64,000 nt of DNA from an uncultured Planctomycetaceae bacterium (lineage in GTDB: Bacteria > Planctomycetota > Planctomycetia > Pirellulales > PALSA-1355): contig CAWAUV010000008.1 of the NCBI GenBank assembly GCA_963785305.1, forward strand, positions 1,120,001 through 1,184,000, given 5' to 3'. Every line of letters begins with the position of its first letter. Position 1 is the first letter of the stretch. The notes beneath the pieces are model-generated. The model saw only the letters and a list, made by a program, of their open reading frames with translations, did no database searches and had not been told where the DNA came from. This document shows, piece after piece, positions 1 through 8,870 of the stretch. The translations under genes were made by a program, and so were the position numbers.

Positions 1-118
1 CCCATGTCTTCGGACGGGCTGTCATATACTGGCGAATACCCGCCAATTGTGACCTTGCCGCGCTGCTCGCGCACTTCGATTTCTGCCGGTGGCAGGCGGC
101 GATATTCGATTTCTTGGC

Positions 119-364
119 TCATTGCTGGCCTCGTGTTTCGAGTTGCGCGGTGATCGCGGCGCGTTCGGTTTTGAGCGCAGCAAGTTGGTCGTGAAGCTTG
201 CGGCATTCCAAGGGACTGCATCTGTCGCTCACTAGCTTTCGCATCGCTTCAAGTTCAAGCTGCGGCAGTTCGGCCAATCGGGCTTCCGCGGCGGATCGCA
301 GCCTTTCCGCCGAGCCTCGATGCGAAGCATATTCAATCGGTTGTTCCATGTTCGCGGTTTCCAT
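119..364 (-). CDS. Small hypothetical coiled-coil protein
   Basis: 81 aa ORF with AAGGAAAGG RBS upstream, co-oriented with the element genes. Confidence 0.55.
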   Translation of the reverse strand: METANMEQPIEYASHRGSAERLRSAAEARLAELPQLELEAMRKLVSDRCSPLECRKLHDQLAALKTERAAITAQLETRGQQ

Positions 365-383
365 TTTCAGACCTTTCCTTTCG

Positions 384-581
384 TTAGATGCGGCCGATTT
401 CGGGATATTCGCGTGCGATTTCCTGCAACCACGTGTGCATTAGCGAGCCCTCTTCCGTCGGGTCGGTGAGCGGCATTCCCCACGGAAGCGCCGGCACGAC
501 GTCGGCGAACCAAATTCCGGCGCCTTCCAATTCTTCCCGATTCAACGCTTCGATTTGCGCTTCGACGGCCGCGGCCTTCAT
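384..581 (-). CDS. Small hypothetical protein (possibly the frameshifted C-terminus of 641-1270)
   Basis: 65 aa ORF co-oriented with its neighbours. Confidence 0.4.
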   Translation of the reverse strand: MKAAAVEAQIEALNREELEGAGIWFADVVPALPWGMPLTDPTEEGSLMHTWLQEIAREYPEIGRI

Positions 582-640
582 GGCGATCGCCAGCTTCTTC
601 AGTCGCGCCGCGCAGATTTTGCGGATACCGTGTTTTGCGA

Positions 641-1270
641 TCAGCCGGCGGCTCGCGGGCGCTGTTCGTCGCGTAGTTCGCGCTCGGAAAACGCGACGGC
701 CGCGACGACCGAATTCAGCTTGCGCGAGACAATGCCAAGTTGCTCGTTTCGGTCGCCGCTGGCGAACGCCTCATCGCCGACGGTTTCGCCACTGGCCAGC
801 TTCCGTCCGATCGTCAGGTGTGCGGGTTCGGCGAGTCTGGCCGGCGGAGCACTGAGCAGCGACTCGAGCCGCGCTTTTTCAATGAGCAGATTCGAGTGGC
901 GATCGAGCCGCGTTTTGTACTCCGGGTCGTCGCGCAAATTGAGCTTTGGCACGTCGGCCTTGGGTCGCTTGGCGGCGATGGCCAACGCGGCCTCGGCGCA
1001 ACAGCGCATCGTTTTCAGGTGCGCGCGAGCGTTGGCGATTTCCGCGACGGCGGCTGCTCGCTCGGATTGCAGTTGCCGATCGGCGATCATCAATTTCGTG
1101 TTGTCGGGACCGCTCGCCGATTCGCTCCAATCTGCCGCGTCAACTCGTTTCGCTTTGGACTTGTTCTCGGCGATACGGCGGTCGATGTCCGCCTGCATTT
1201 CCTTCGCCTGGCGGAGTCTGCATTTCGCTTCGGCAAAGTAGGTGACGTCCTCGATCGTGGCCATTTTCAT
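641..1270 (-). CDS. Hypothetical alpha-helical/coiled-coil protein downstream of terL
   Basis: 209 aa ORF, GGAG RBS, Ala/Glu/Arg-rich heptad-like sequence; no portal-like features recognised. Confidence 0.6.
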   Translation of the reverse strand: MKMATIEDVTYFAEAKCRLRQAKEMQADIDRRIAENKSKAKRVDAADWSESASGPDNTKLMIADRQLQSERAAAVAEIANARAHLKTMRCCAEAALAIAAKRPKADVPKLNLRDDPEYKTRLDRHSNLLIEKARLESLLSAPPARLAEPAHLTIGRKLASGETVGDEAFASGDRNEQLGIVSRKLNSVVAAVAFSERELRDEQRPRAAG

Positions 1271-1288
1271 TCCTCCGGTGTGAAAAAA

Positions 1289-2821
1289 CTAAAGTAACCA
1301 AATTCGTGGTTCGGCGAGTTGTCCTTCTCGCGTGGCCAGTGCCAACGCCATCACGGCGCTCGTCACGCCGTCTATTTTCTCGCTGCTCTTTTTCTTGCTC
1401 GGGCGGCAGTTGCCGCTGCTGTCGGTTTCGATGACGGTGTTGGCGACCATCCAGCGCATGACCGCGTTGCCGTTGTGCTGCATCTTTTGCGAACGAACCA
1501 AAGCCTCGAAGTTTTTGCACGGCTCGTTCATCGTCGCCATGTTTTGGCGGAACTCCTGCACATTGAACCCGTCTTGCAAAAGCTCGCTGGCCATTTGTCG
1601 CGAGTTCCAGGGATCCACGGCAATCCCGCGGATGTTGAATTGCGATTGCAACTCATTGATGCGCTGGCGAATCAGCGGGAATTCCGTCGACGCGCCCGGC
1701 GTCAATTCAACCAGATTGTCGCGGATGAAGCTCGCCGCCGGCTCCTTGCGAGAGTTGCGGTTGGACTCCTCGGGCAGCCAGAAATAAGGGAGCAGCGCGA
1801 ATTGTCCGTCGTCCAGCGGGAAGGCAAGAACCAACGCGGCGTAATCGTCGCGATACGCCAAGTCGAGCCCGGCGTAGCAATCGCGGCCCTCCAAGTCTCG
1901 CGGCTCGAAGTCTGTCGCGCATTCGTCCCATGATTCGCTGGCAATCCAGCGAACCGATGAATCGGTCCACTGATTCAAGTAAAGCTGGCGGAAAACATTT
2001 TCGCGGGCCGGCATGTGCTGCGCTTCGCGGAACAACTCGCGCATGTCGTCCAGGCTGCGGAAGTCGCGGAGCGCTGGATTGGCGGCGGCCCAAACTTTTT
2101 CATCCGTCCAATCGGCATCCTCGGGCGCCTCGAATATGATCGGCAAAAAGCTCGGGTCGGGAATGATTCCGTCGCGCACTTGGCGGGCATACTCCCAAAC
2201 CTTCCAGCAGATTGAATTGCGGTCGTAACCCGCGGTGGTGATCGCGAGCGTTAGCGGCTGTGTGCGGGCGCCCATGCTGGTCGTGAGCACGTCCCAAAGC
2301 TGCGAATTGGGGGCGGCGTGCAGCTCGTCATAAATTAGGCAACTGGCGTTGTAGCCGTGCGCGTGTGGGGCGTCCGCGGGGATGGCTCGATAAACGCTGT
2401 TGGTCGGCCGGTAGATGATCTGCCGGCGGCTTTCCGTGACCTGACAGTGCAACGAAAGCGTCGGATCGTTGCGCACCATCTGGGCGGCGACGTTGAAAAC
2501 GAGGCTGGCTTGCTCGCGGTCGGTGGCGGCGCTGTAGGTTTCGCCGCCTTGCTCGGGCTCGGACACAAGCATGTACAATGCGATTGCGGCGCCGATCTCC
2601 GTCTTGCCATTTTTTCTCGGCAACGCCAGAAACGCTTTTCGGTATTGTCGCGTGCCGTCGTCGCGCAGCCGGCCGAACAACTCGCGCACGATCTGCTGTT
2701 GCCACGGGCGCAGGTCGAATTTCTTCTTGGCCCAGCGGGCGCCCTTGGCGTGTGTCAAGTTGTTGATGAACTTCACGGCGCGATTGGCGGCGGCGTTCGT
2801 CGGGGGACTAGCCAATGACAT
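1289..2821 (-). CDS. terL: Phage terminase large subunit (Terminase_1 / HK97-like, cos type)
   Basis: LRPWQ adenine-binding motif, Walker A PRKNGKT, Walker B YDELH, ITTAG coupling motif, nuclease motifs GLDLA and KIDG. Confidence 0.95.
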   Translation of the reverse strand: MSLASPPTNAAANRAVKFINNLTHAKGARWAKKKFDLRPWQQQIVRELFGRLRDDGTRQYRKAFLALPRKNGKTEIGAAIALYMLVSEPEQGGETYSAATDREQASLVFNVAAQMVRNDPTLSLHCQVTESRRQIIYRPTNSVYRAIPADAPHAHGYNASCLIYDELHAAPNSQLWDVLTTSMGARTQPLTLAITTAGYDRNSICWKVWEYARQVRDGIIPDPSFLPIIFEAPEDADWTDEKVWAAANPALRDFRSLDDMRELFREAQHMPARENVFRQLYLNQWTDSSVRWIASESWDECATDFEPRDLEGRDCYAGLDLAYRDDYAALVLAFPLDDGQFALLPYFWLPEESNRNSRKEPAASFIRDNLVELTPGASTEFPLIRQRINELQSQFNIRGIAVDPWNSRQMASELLQDGFNVQEFRQNMATMNEPCKNFEALVRSQKMQHNGNAVMRWMVANTVIETDSSGNCRPSKKKSSEKIDGVTSAVMALALATREGQLAEPRIWLL

Positions 2822-3257
2822 TTGCGAGCGTCCCTTCCCAGCCAGTGGTCTGCGGCTTGTCTTCGGTCTTCTTCGGGGCGCCGAGCATCCGGTGACGCGC
2901 CGCTGGGCTTAGCCCGAACTCGCCCAGCAGCTGTTGCATCGCCTTGGCGGCCTGGCTGCTAACGGACAGGTTTGGGTTTTGAATCGGATAGCCGGACGGG
3001 CTCTTGACGATGGCGCCCTGCGTGGCAAGTTGTGTTTCAGCGTCCAGCCAGCGAGCCCATGATTGGCAATACATGGCAAGGGCGGCGCGGTCGAGCTGCG
3101 CGACCAGCCCGAGCCCGCGGAGTAAGTTGGTCACGCGCTTCCATTCGGCGGCAGCCTCGCCCGTTAGCTCTTTTGGGCACGATGGTACGCGCACGGGCGC
3201 CTGAATCGGGTCGGCCGATTTCTGCATCGTCTTGAATGTGGGCTTTCGGCCTCTCAC
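2808..3257 (-). CDS. terS: Phage terminase small subunit, P27 family
   Basis: MRGRKP N-terminus, 'LAMYCQSWARW', 'SGYPIQNP', 'EFGLSPAAR'; overlaps the terL start. Confidence 0.92.
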   Translation of the reverse strand: MRGRKPTFKTMQKSADPIQAPVRVPSCPKELTGEAAAEWKRVTNLLRGLGLVAQLDRAALAMYCQSWARWLDAETQLATQGAIVKSPSGYPIQNPNLSVSSQAAKAMQQLLGEFGLSPAARHRMLGAPKKTEDKPQTTGWEGTLANVIG

Positions 3258-3910
3258 TTCGCGACTCCCTTGGTCAAAAGCTCGTCAATCCACGCCCTAT
3301 GGAAGTCGAACAGACCGGCATCGTTGAACATTGTCGCGGTTTCGACGTTGTGGCAGGATCGAAGACTGGCGCTCGACTCGACGACGATCGAATGGGCGCC
3401 GGTTTTCAGCAGCAAGATTTTTGCGTGGGTTCGCATGGCCGCGATGCGGAAACCGTGTTTTGAGCAGAGCGCGGCGGCCTGGGCGAAGATTTGGGCGTCG
3501 GCCGCGGCGAAGTAGTGGCTGCACAAGATGTCCAGGCGTTTGACCTGGCTGGCGGTGATAAGCTGGTCGAGCGATTCGACGTTCGCTTTGCTGAATCCCA
3601 AGGTGACGATAGCAAGGTGGTCGAGCGGACGGCCGGACAGTTCGAGCACGGCGCCGATGAAGTCGGCGAGCGCGAATGAACCATTTAGGACACAGTGCAA
3701 CGATTCATCGGGCGCCGGCAGTTTCTCGATCGTCTGAACCGCCGCGCGGTGCTTGTTCAGTACCCTCGTCGATCGCTGCCGCTGGCGGCGCAGCATCCGC
3801 CGGTTCTCGGGCAGGCGCAGGCTGACGTTTGCCAATGTCGATTCATCCGCTGCCGGATAGAACGGTTGAATCGTGCTCATGTCAAAAGGCTTGAGTTCGT
3901 TGGTTGCCAT
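3254..3910 (-). CDS. Phospholipase D-like (HxK) domain protein
   Basis: RTHAKILLL ... IVVESSASL resembles the single HxK ... (G/S)SxN motif of PLD-fold nucleases; ATG at 3910 chosen as start. Confidence 0.55.
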   Translation of the reverse strand: MATNELKPFDMSTIQPFYPAADESTLANVSLRLPENRRMLRRQRQRSTRVLNKHRAAVQTIEKLPAPDESLHCVLNGSFALADFIGAVLELSGRPLDHLAIVTLGFSKANVESLDQLITASQVKRLDILCSHYFAAADAQIFAQAAALCSKHGFRIAAMRTHAKILLLKTGAHSIVVESSASLRSCHNVETATMFNDAGLFDFHRAWIDELLTKGVAK

Positions 3911-4001
3911 TTTTTTGACCCCTGGGGGGCATTTTCGGGGAGCAAATTCGTCTGACGTTGGCCCGCCTTTCGGTCGCGCCTCTTCTATGGATGAAACACC
4001 C

Positions 4002-4301
4002 CTACCCCTTTTTGGCTTTTGCCTCTCGCCGCTTGTGGTCCGCGGAGCAAAGCGCGACGCAATTGCTCTCCTCAAACGTCAACTCGGGATGCGCGAGCCT
4101 CGGCAACTCGTGGTGAACTTCTTGCGTGGGTGTAACTTCTCGGCGCTCCAGGCAATCGACACAAAACGGATTTTTGCGAATGAACCACGCTCGAAACTTC
4201 CGCCACCTCTTGCTCCCGTAAAATGCTCTGCTCTCGCTGCGGTCCCGCTTGACTCGCGCTGGCGTCTTGCCGTCTGGTCGGAACGTCGCGGGTTTTCTCA
4301 T
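4002..4301 (-). CDS. HNH endonuclease (terminase-associated, HK97 gp74-like)
   Basis: FYGSKRWRKFR, CVDC, EVHH, N-CVALC-SADH pattern; position upstream of terS. Confidence 0.88.
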   Translation of the reverse strand: MRKPATFRPDGKTPARVKRDRSESRAFYGSKRWRKFRAWFIRKNPFCVDCLERREVTPTQEVHHELPRLAHPELTFEESNCVALCSADHKRREAKAKKG

Positions 4302-4579
4302 CTCGCACACAAACTGCAAAGCGGGACGATCATCGCGCCGTCGTCGTGCAGCACCATTAGCCACGGCGTCTCTAGCGCCTCGGGGCCTAGTTCGGCCAGC
4401 GTCGGAATACCCGGGATTCGCAGCATCCCCAGCGGAATCGAGCGCGCCAGTCGCTCATACGCTTCGGGCAGGTCGTCCTCGGCCGCTCGAATGAGACCGA
4501 CGACATAGGCGCAGCCGTCGCCTGTGTGGGCGCTGAGGGCTTCCGCGGCGAGTCGCTGCACGAATGTTTTGACCATCAC
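4298..4579 (-). CDS. Hypothetical protein
   Basis: 93 aa ORF with 4-nt overlaps to both neighbours. Confidence 0.55.
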   Translation of the reverse strand: MMVKTFVQRLAAEALSAHTGDGCAYVVGLIRAAEDDLPEAYERLARSIPLGMLRIPGIPTLAELGPEALETPWLMVLHDDGAMIVPLCSLCAR

Positions 4580-4761
4580 TTGCCCCCTAGCGAGGCAATG
4601 ATCCGCTCGACTTGCGGGCCGCTGAAGTACGGCACGCGGTCGATGCGCATGGCTGGCTTGATTCCGGCTCGGCTCGCGGCTTGCTCAATCGAGCGGACGC
4701 TGCGCTGCATTTGGCCGGCCAGGCAGCCGATCGATGTTAAGTCGCGGGTTTCGGTCGTCAT
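4576..4761 (-). CDS. Small HTH-like DNA-binding protein
   Basis: 61 aa; 'SIGCLAGQMQRSVRSIEQ ... RVPYFS..QVERI' resembles a MerR/Xis-type winged HTH; GAGGG RBS. Confidence 0.5.
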   Translation of the reverse strand: MTTETRDLTSIGCLAGQMQRSVRSIEQAASRAGIKPAMRIDRVPYFSGPQVERIIASLGGK

Positions 4762-4827
4762 GGGTTCCCTCTGCTTTGATTATTCGCGCTCGCGGGTTTG
4801 TTGCACTTCCATATGTAGAAGAATTCT

Positions 4828-5036
4828 TCACGTTGCCAAAATAGTGAACGGTCGATCGCAACTGACGCACGTGCAGTATCTGAGCACGGCGTCACTGCCG
4901 CCGATGGTTTGTTGCTCTGTTCGTCGGACGCGATGCTTGGACGATCGGCAACGCGGGCAGCGCGCAGCTTGATCGACACCATCGGCAGCGGGCTGCGGGG
5001 GTGTTCGGCGTCGGTGTTGTGGTCGGTGGTGTTCAT
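4828..5036 (-). CDS. Ogr/Delta-like zinc-ribbon protein (apparent frameshift near 4965)
   Basis: CPRCRS ... RYCTCVSCDRPF four-Cys ribbon; the ATG with an AGAGCGAGG RBS at 5036 is in another frame. Confidence 0.55.
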
Positions 5037-5206
5037 GGCGTGGCCTCGCTCTTGCTCTGTTGCTCCACTTCCGACACCTCGACGCATCGCAGCCCATAAG
5101 CTCGCAGCGCCACCTTCAAGAACGCCTTGAGTCTCGACGCTACTGGCGTCTGGCGGTTGCCCGGCTCGTCGCGCAGCTTCAGGATGAATTCGGCGCGTGG
5201 CATGGT

Positions 5207-5569
5207 TTAACGATCCTCGGCCAGCTCGGTCGCTTCGCGGATCGTCACGACCGGGCTACGTCCGCTCGCGCGCTCGACGTCGATCAGTCCAGCCTTGGAG
5301 AGCACATCCAGTCCGCGGTTAGCGGCCCATCGCCCGACGCCAAACAGCGCCAGGATTCTCGCGGTGAGCTTTGCTGGCCTGCCACTCGCAAGCGAATGGA
5401 CGTGCCAAGCCGCCAGTCCGACGTGCAATGCCTTGCCCGGCAACGATGCCGCGCGAGATAGCCAAGCGCCAGCGATCGGCCCTTTCAGAAACCACTTCCC
5501 ACGGCGCATCCGGCGGGGTCTTTTGGGCACCAGATTCGTGCCTGTTGCGCGAAAGTTTTCAATGTCCAC
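5207..5569 (-). CDS. Winged-HTH protein downstream of polA
   Basis: 120 aa; FLKGPI..WL, followed by helix-turn-helix and wing 'RGLDVLSKAGLIDVERASGRSPVVTI'. Confidence 0.7.
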   Translation of the reverse strand: MDIENFRATGTNLVPKRPRRMRRGKWFLKGPIAGAWLSRAASLPGKALHVGLAAWHVHSLASGRPAKLTARILALFGVGRWAANRGLDVLSKAGLIDVERASGRSPVVTIREATELAEDR

Positions 5570-5632
5570 TCCGCTACCCTCTATCTATTCATTAAATAAG
5601 ACTACAGAAAAAACACATATAAGACTGCACGG

Positions 5633-5735
5633 GTGCTTGGACCCCATACACTTCACCCGTTGGACCCCATACACTTCGCCCGTTGGCGCCCAACAGTTCT
5701 CGATTCGCTAACGTGCTTGGTCCCCATACACTTCG
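5633..5735. repeat. Three iteron-like direct repeats TTGG(A/T)CCCCATACACTTC
   Basis: Copies at ~5633-5654, ~5658-5678 and ~5713-5735, adjacent to an AT-rich tract at 5581-5625. Confidence 0.85.
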
Positions 5736-5740
5736 TGGGC

Positions 5741-7945
5741 TCAAAATTCGACGCTCGCTTTCGCTGGTTTCAGGCTGTCCAAAATGTTGGTTATCGTCGC
5801 CCACATAACCTCGCCGCGCGGGTCGGAATAGCGTTCCGGGTGACGCACAATTTTGCAGTCGGTTCGCAGCTCGAAGCCATCGAGCACAACGCGCCCGGCT
5901 TCGAGCATCGCCGCCGCCGCCAGCGTCGCCGCCGCCTCGATTTCGTGCTCTGCGGCTTCAATCAGAATCGCGTCATGGACTGGGGCGCAGACTTCGACGC
6001 CGCGCTCCGTCGCAAGGCAGCACGCGAGCCGGAGCATTTCGGCGCCATTGGCTTGCATGGGGAAATTCGCCAGGCTGCGCGGGTTCGCTTGCGGTCCCAC
6101 GTTGATCCGCCAGCCGAAAACTGTTTCGATCCAGCCTTTCAACATGGCGTGGGCGACAACCGCGTCGGACCATCTCCAGAATTTTGGGTACGTTTGATGG
6201 TGAAGCCGGAGCAGTTCTCGGGCGTAGGGAATCGGCTGATTGATAGCCGCGGCGAGCGACACCTCCGCCATGCCATACTGCACGGCCAGGGCGCACACTT
6301 TGAATTGCTCCCGCTCGCGCTTGTGGCTTTGTTTTGTGGCGTCGGCCGGAACGGCGCGGGCCTGCTTTGCGAACGTCAAGTATGGGTCGCCGCTCAAATA
6401 GGCATCGGCCATCGCCGAATCGCCAGATAGCGCCGCTGCGATCGCGAATTCCTGTTGCGACCAGTCAACATAGGCGACGGCCCGGCCGGCGGCGGGTTGA
6501 ATCAGCGATCGCAGCCAGCAAGACGGGCCAAAAATGAATCGGGAATTGCTTGGTTGGTTGCGGCTAGTTCGCGCGAAAGGCGCTGAGCAAGCAACGATTT
6601 CGACCATCATCGCCCACGGCCAAGTCATTCAGCCGCATCTCGCCTAACGTGTGGCGCAGCTCGCGGAGCGGCGCAACTTGTGGATATGATTTCGCCATTT
6701 GGCGGAACGATTCGTCGTCGAGTTTTAGGGCGCCGCGGTCAGTCCGCGGCCAAGGAACGCCATTGGCAATCAGCCAGCCGGCAAACTTGGCCGACGAAAA
6801 CGAAAGCGAAACTGGCTCGGCTGGCTCGAAGGAATTCGCGAGTGATTGCGCCGCGAACCGCAATAACGCCGGGTCGTGTTTCTCAAGCCGCCTTGGCCGC
6901 TCGCGCATCAGTTCCCATAGTTCGCCGGCCGGGTCGCTGTTGTCATTGTTAGCGCCGCCCTCGAAGCCTCGCCCGATGCCAAGCGCCGGCAGCTCCGCGG
7001 CTAGTTCCCGTGCCGTGGTGTCGAGCCCGGCGATTGCCGAATGGTCGCGCCGGAGTCTTCGATTGCTGCAATGCGCTTCGGTGTCAGTCCGGTAGCTTGG
7101 CTCGCCGCCGCTACGGCTTTGGCGTGCTCGGCGCTGCCGGCTTGCCGCTCGGCATAGAGCGTATCGACGGCCTGCGCGAGCGCATGCTCGCCGATTCCAT
7201 ACTCTGCCGCGGTTGCGAGGATTGCTTGGCCAAGCCGCGAATTCGGATCGAGCTTGCAATCGGTCGGAACATAAACGCCAAAGTCGGCGTCGATCGCAGT
7301 TATCAATTGCGACTTGATCGCTGTCCAGTTGTTGCGCAGCCGGTCGAGGGTCGGCGCGTCGATCGGCGTCCCGGTCCATTCCATTCTCGCCGCCGCCGCC
7401 ATGTATCGTCCGCGGAGCAACGCGCGGGGCAAGTCGATCGTCGGTAGCATCGCGTCGAGCAACTTGGCGAGCGCGTCAACGTCCGTTTGGCAGTAGTCGA
7501 GCAGCGCTCGCCGCTCGGCTTCCGAATGCTCGCCTTCGCGCATGGCAAGCGCCCGCATTTCCTCCTTATCGCTGGCGTCGATGCCGTCGATGCCGTTCGC
7601 CGCCAGAGCGCCAAGCAAGCTGGCGCCGCATGGCGTCGTGAGCCCGTTTGTGCTGTTTCTGAATTCGGTGAACAGGTCCAGAATCCGGGTGGGCATCGGC
7701 CAATCGAGCGCCAGGAAGCAACCCATTTCAGCGCTGGCATAGTAGGCAACGAACAACGCGCCATCGGCTACGTCAAACGGCGCGGCGGGCATGGTGGCCA
7801 ACTCGTCCGACCAGAGCCGGAGCGTTCGGCCAGTGCGAAACTCGCGGGCCACCATGCAAACCGGCGCGGGGCGTCCTCCGGCCGGCGCACGGAATTCGAA
7901 ATCCACGAGCCACACTTGCTCGAAATGGCGAAGCGCGTCGATCAT
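5741..7945 (-). CDS. Family A DNA polymerase (3'-5' exonuclease + polymerase, no 5'-3' exonuclease); two apparent frameshifts (~7050, ~6570)
   Basis: ExoI VDFEF, ExoIII YCQTD, motif A VDWSQQE, motif B R-EQF-K-VCAL-AVQ-YG, NFPMQANGA, motif C VHDA, spread over ORFs 7001-8020, 6564-7379 and 5741-6628. Confidence 0.92.
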
Positions 7946-8202
7946 GCAAACAATCCGATCTGCCGCGCGTCGGGTTCCGTCGAGCCAGGCAACAGTAGGT
8001 GCTCGACGGGTACGCTCCACCGCCCTAGTTCATCGAAGTCGATCAGGGCGCGGGTGCGCTTCACGTCGAGCAAGACGCCGAGGCGCCCACGCAACGGGTC
8101 TTTGGTTTTGACGTGCGCCCGCTTCAACTGCACGCGCTCGCCGATGCTGCGATTAAGGATCGTGCGCCGGCGGTCCAACTCCGGGTTCGCTTTCGCTGCC
8201 AT
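7942..8202 (-). CDS. Small SH3/KOW-like protein ending in QIGLF
   Basis: 86 aa, GAGGTG RBS, ATGA overlap with the polA start. Confidence 0.6.
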   Translation of the reverse strand: MAAKANPELDRRRTILNRSIGERVQLKRAHVKTKDPLRGRLGVLLDVKRTRALIDFDELGRWSVPVEHLLLPGSTEPDARQIGLFA

Positions 8203-8204
8203 GA

Positions 8205-8870
8205 TTACACCTCGCCGCGCAGGGCGCGAATTGCGGGGTGGTCGAGCGATTGGATAAAGCGATCCCTGAAGCAAAGCCGCAGGACTTCGGGGAACGCCAA
8301 CTCGGGCCACGTCGGGTCAGTCAATTCGCCGGCCGCCTCGAAGACGTCATAGAGCCCGGCGCCCATGTTTGCGGCCACGCGGACCCACTTCGATTCGGCC
8401 AGCCGAGCCGCGGCGAGCGCCGACTCATTCCAGGCGTTCGATTTGCCGTCCGACGCCGGCAACTTGACGGGCCAGAGCGAAACATCGCTTTGGCGATTGA
8501 CGGTAAGGAAAAGGCAAACGGGATAGACTTCGCCCGCCAGCTCGCCCCAGAGCGTTCGCTCGACCAGATAGACGTCGCGAGAAACTTTGTCCTCGAAAGC
8601 CGCCGTTTCGATGCGCCATTCTTCGCCCGGTCGGACGCGGACGAACTCGTGGCGGTTTGGCTTCCGACAGGGAACGGTCGTCAAGACCTTTCTGACGCCA
8701 ACCGTGCCGATGTAGTCTTGTGACAATCGCAGGCTTGCCGGGTCGAACGGATTCGGCGCGTCCGACTTGGTGGTGGTGGTGGTGGTGGTGGTGGTGAATC
8801 GGTCGGCGGATAGCAGCGGAGCGGCCGGAGCGGCTTCGCCATTTTGGGACGTTTTTGGTACAGTAGTCAT
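8205..8870 (-). CDS. Conserved hypothetical protein upstream of polA (possible ssDNA-binding protein)
   Basis: 221 aa; beta-rich, aromatic-rich core (PNPFDPASLRLSQDY, VPCRKP, LWPVKLP, NAWNESA, WVRV); (ACC)9 poly-Thr tract. Confidence 0.75.
   Translation of the reverse strand: MTTVPKTSQNGEAAPAAPLLSADRFTTTTTTTTTKSDAPNPFDPASLRLSQDYIGTVGVRKVLTTVPCRKPNRHEFVRVRPGEEWRIETAAFEDKVSRDVYLVERTLWGELAGEVYPVCLFLTVNRQSDVSLWPVKLPASDGKSNAWNESALAAARLAESKWVRVAANMGAGLYDVFEAAGELTDPTWPELAFPEVLRLCFRDRFIQSLDHPAIRALRGEV

Noticed and set aside
5633..5735. Possible mini-CRISPR array
   Set aside because: Only three short copies with very unequal spacing (first two nearly adjacent); fits iterons or operators better.
6815..7270. 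Intein in the PolA
   Set aside because: No N-terminal Cys/Ser block, TxxH motif, LAGLIDADG motif or terminal His-Asn.
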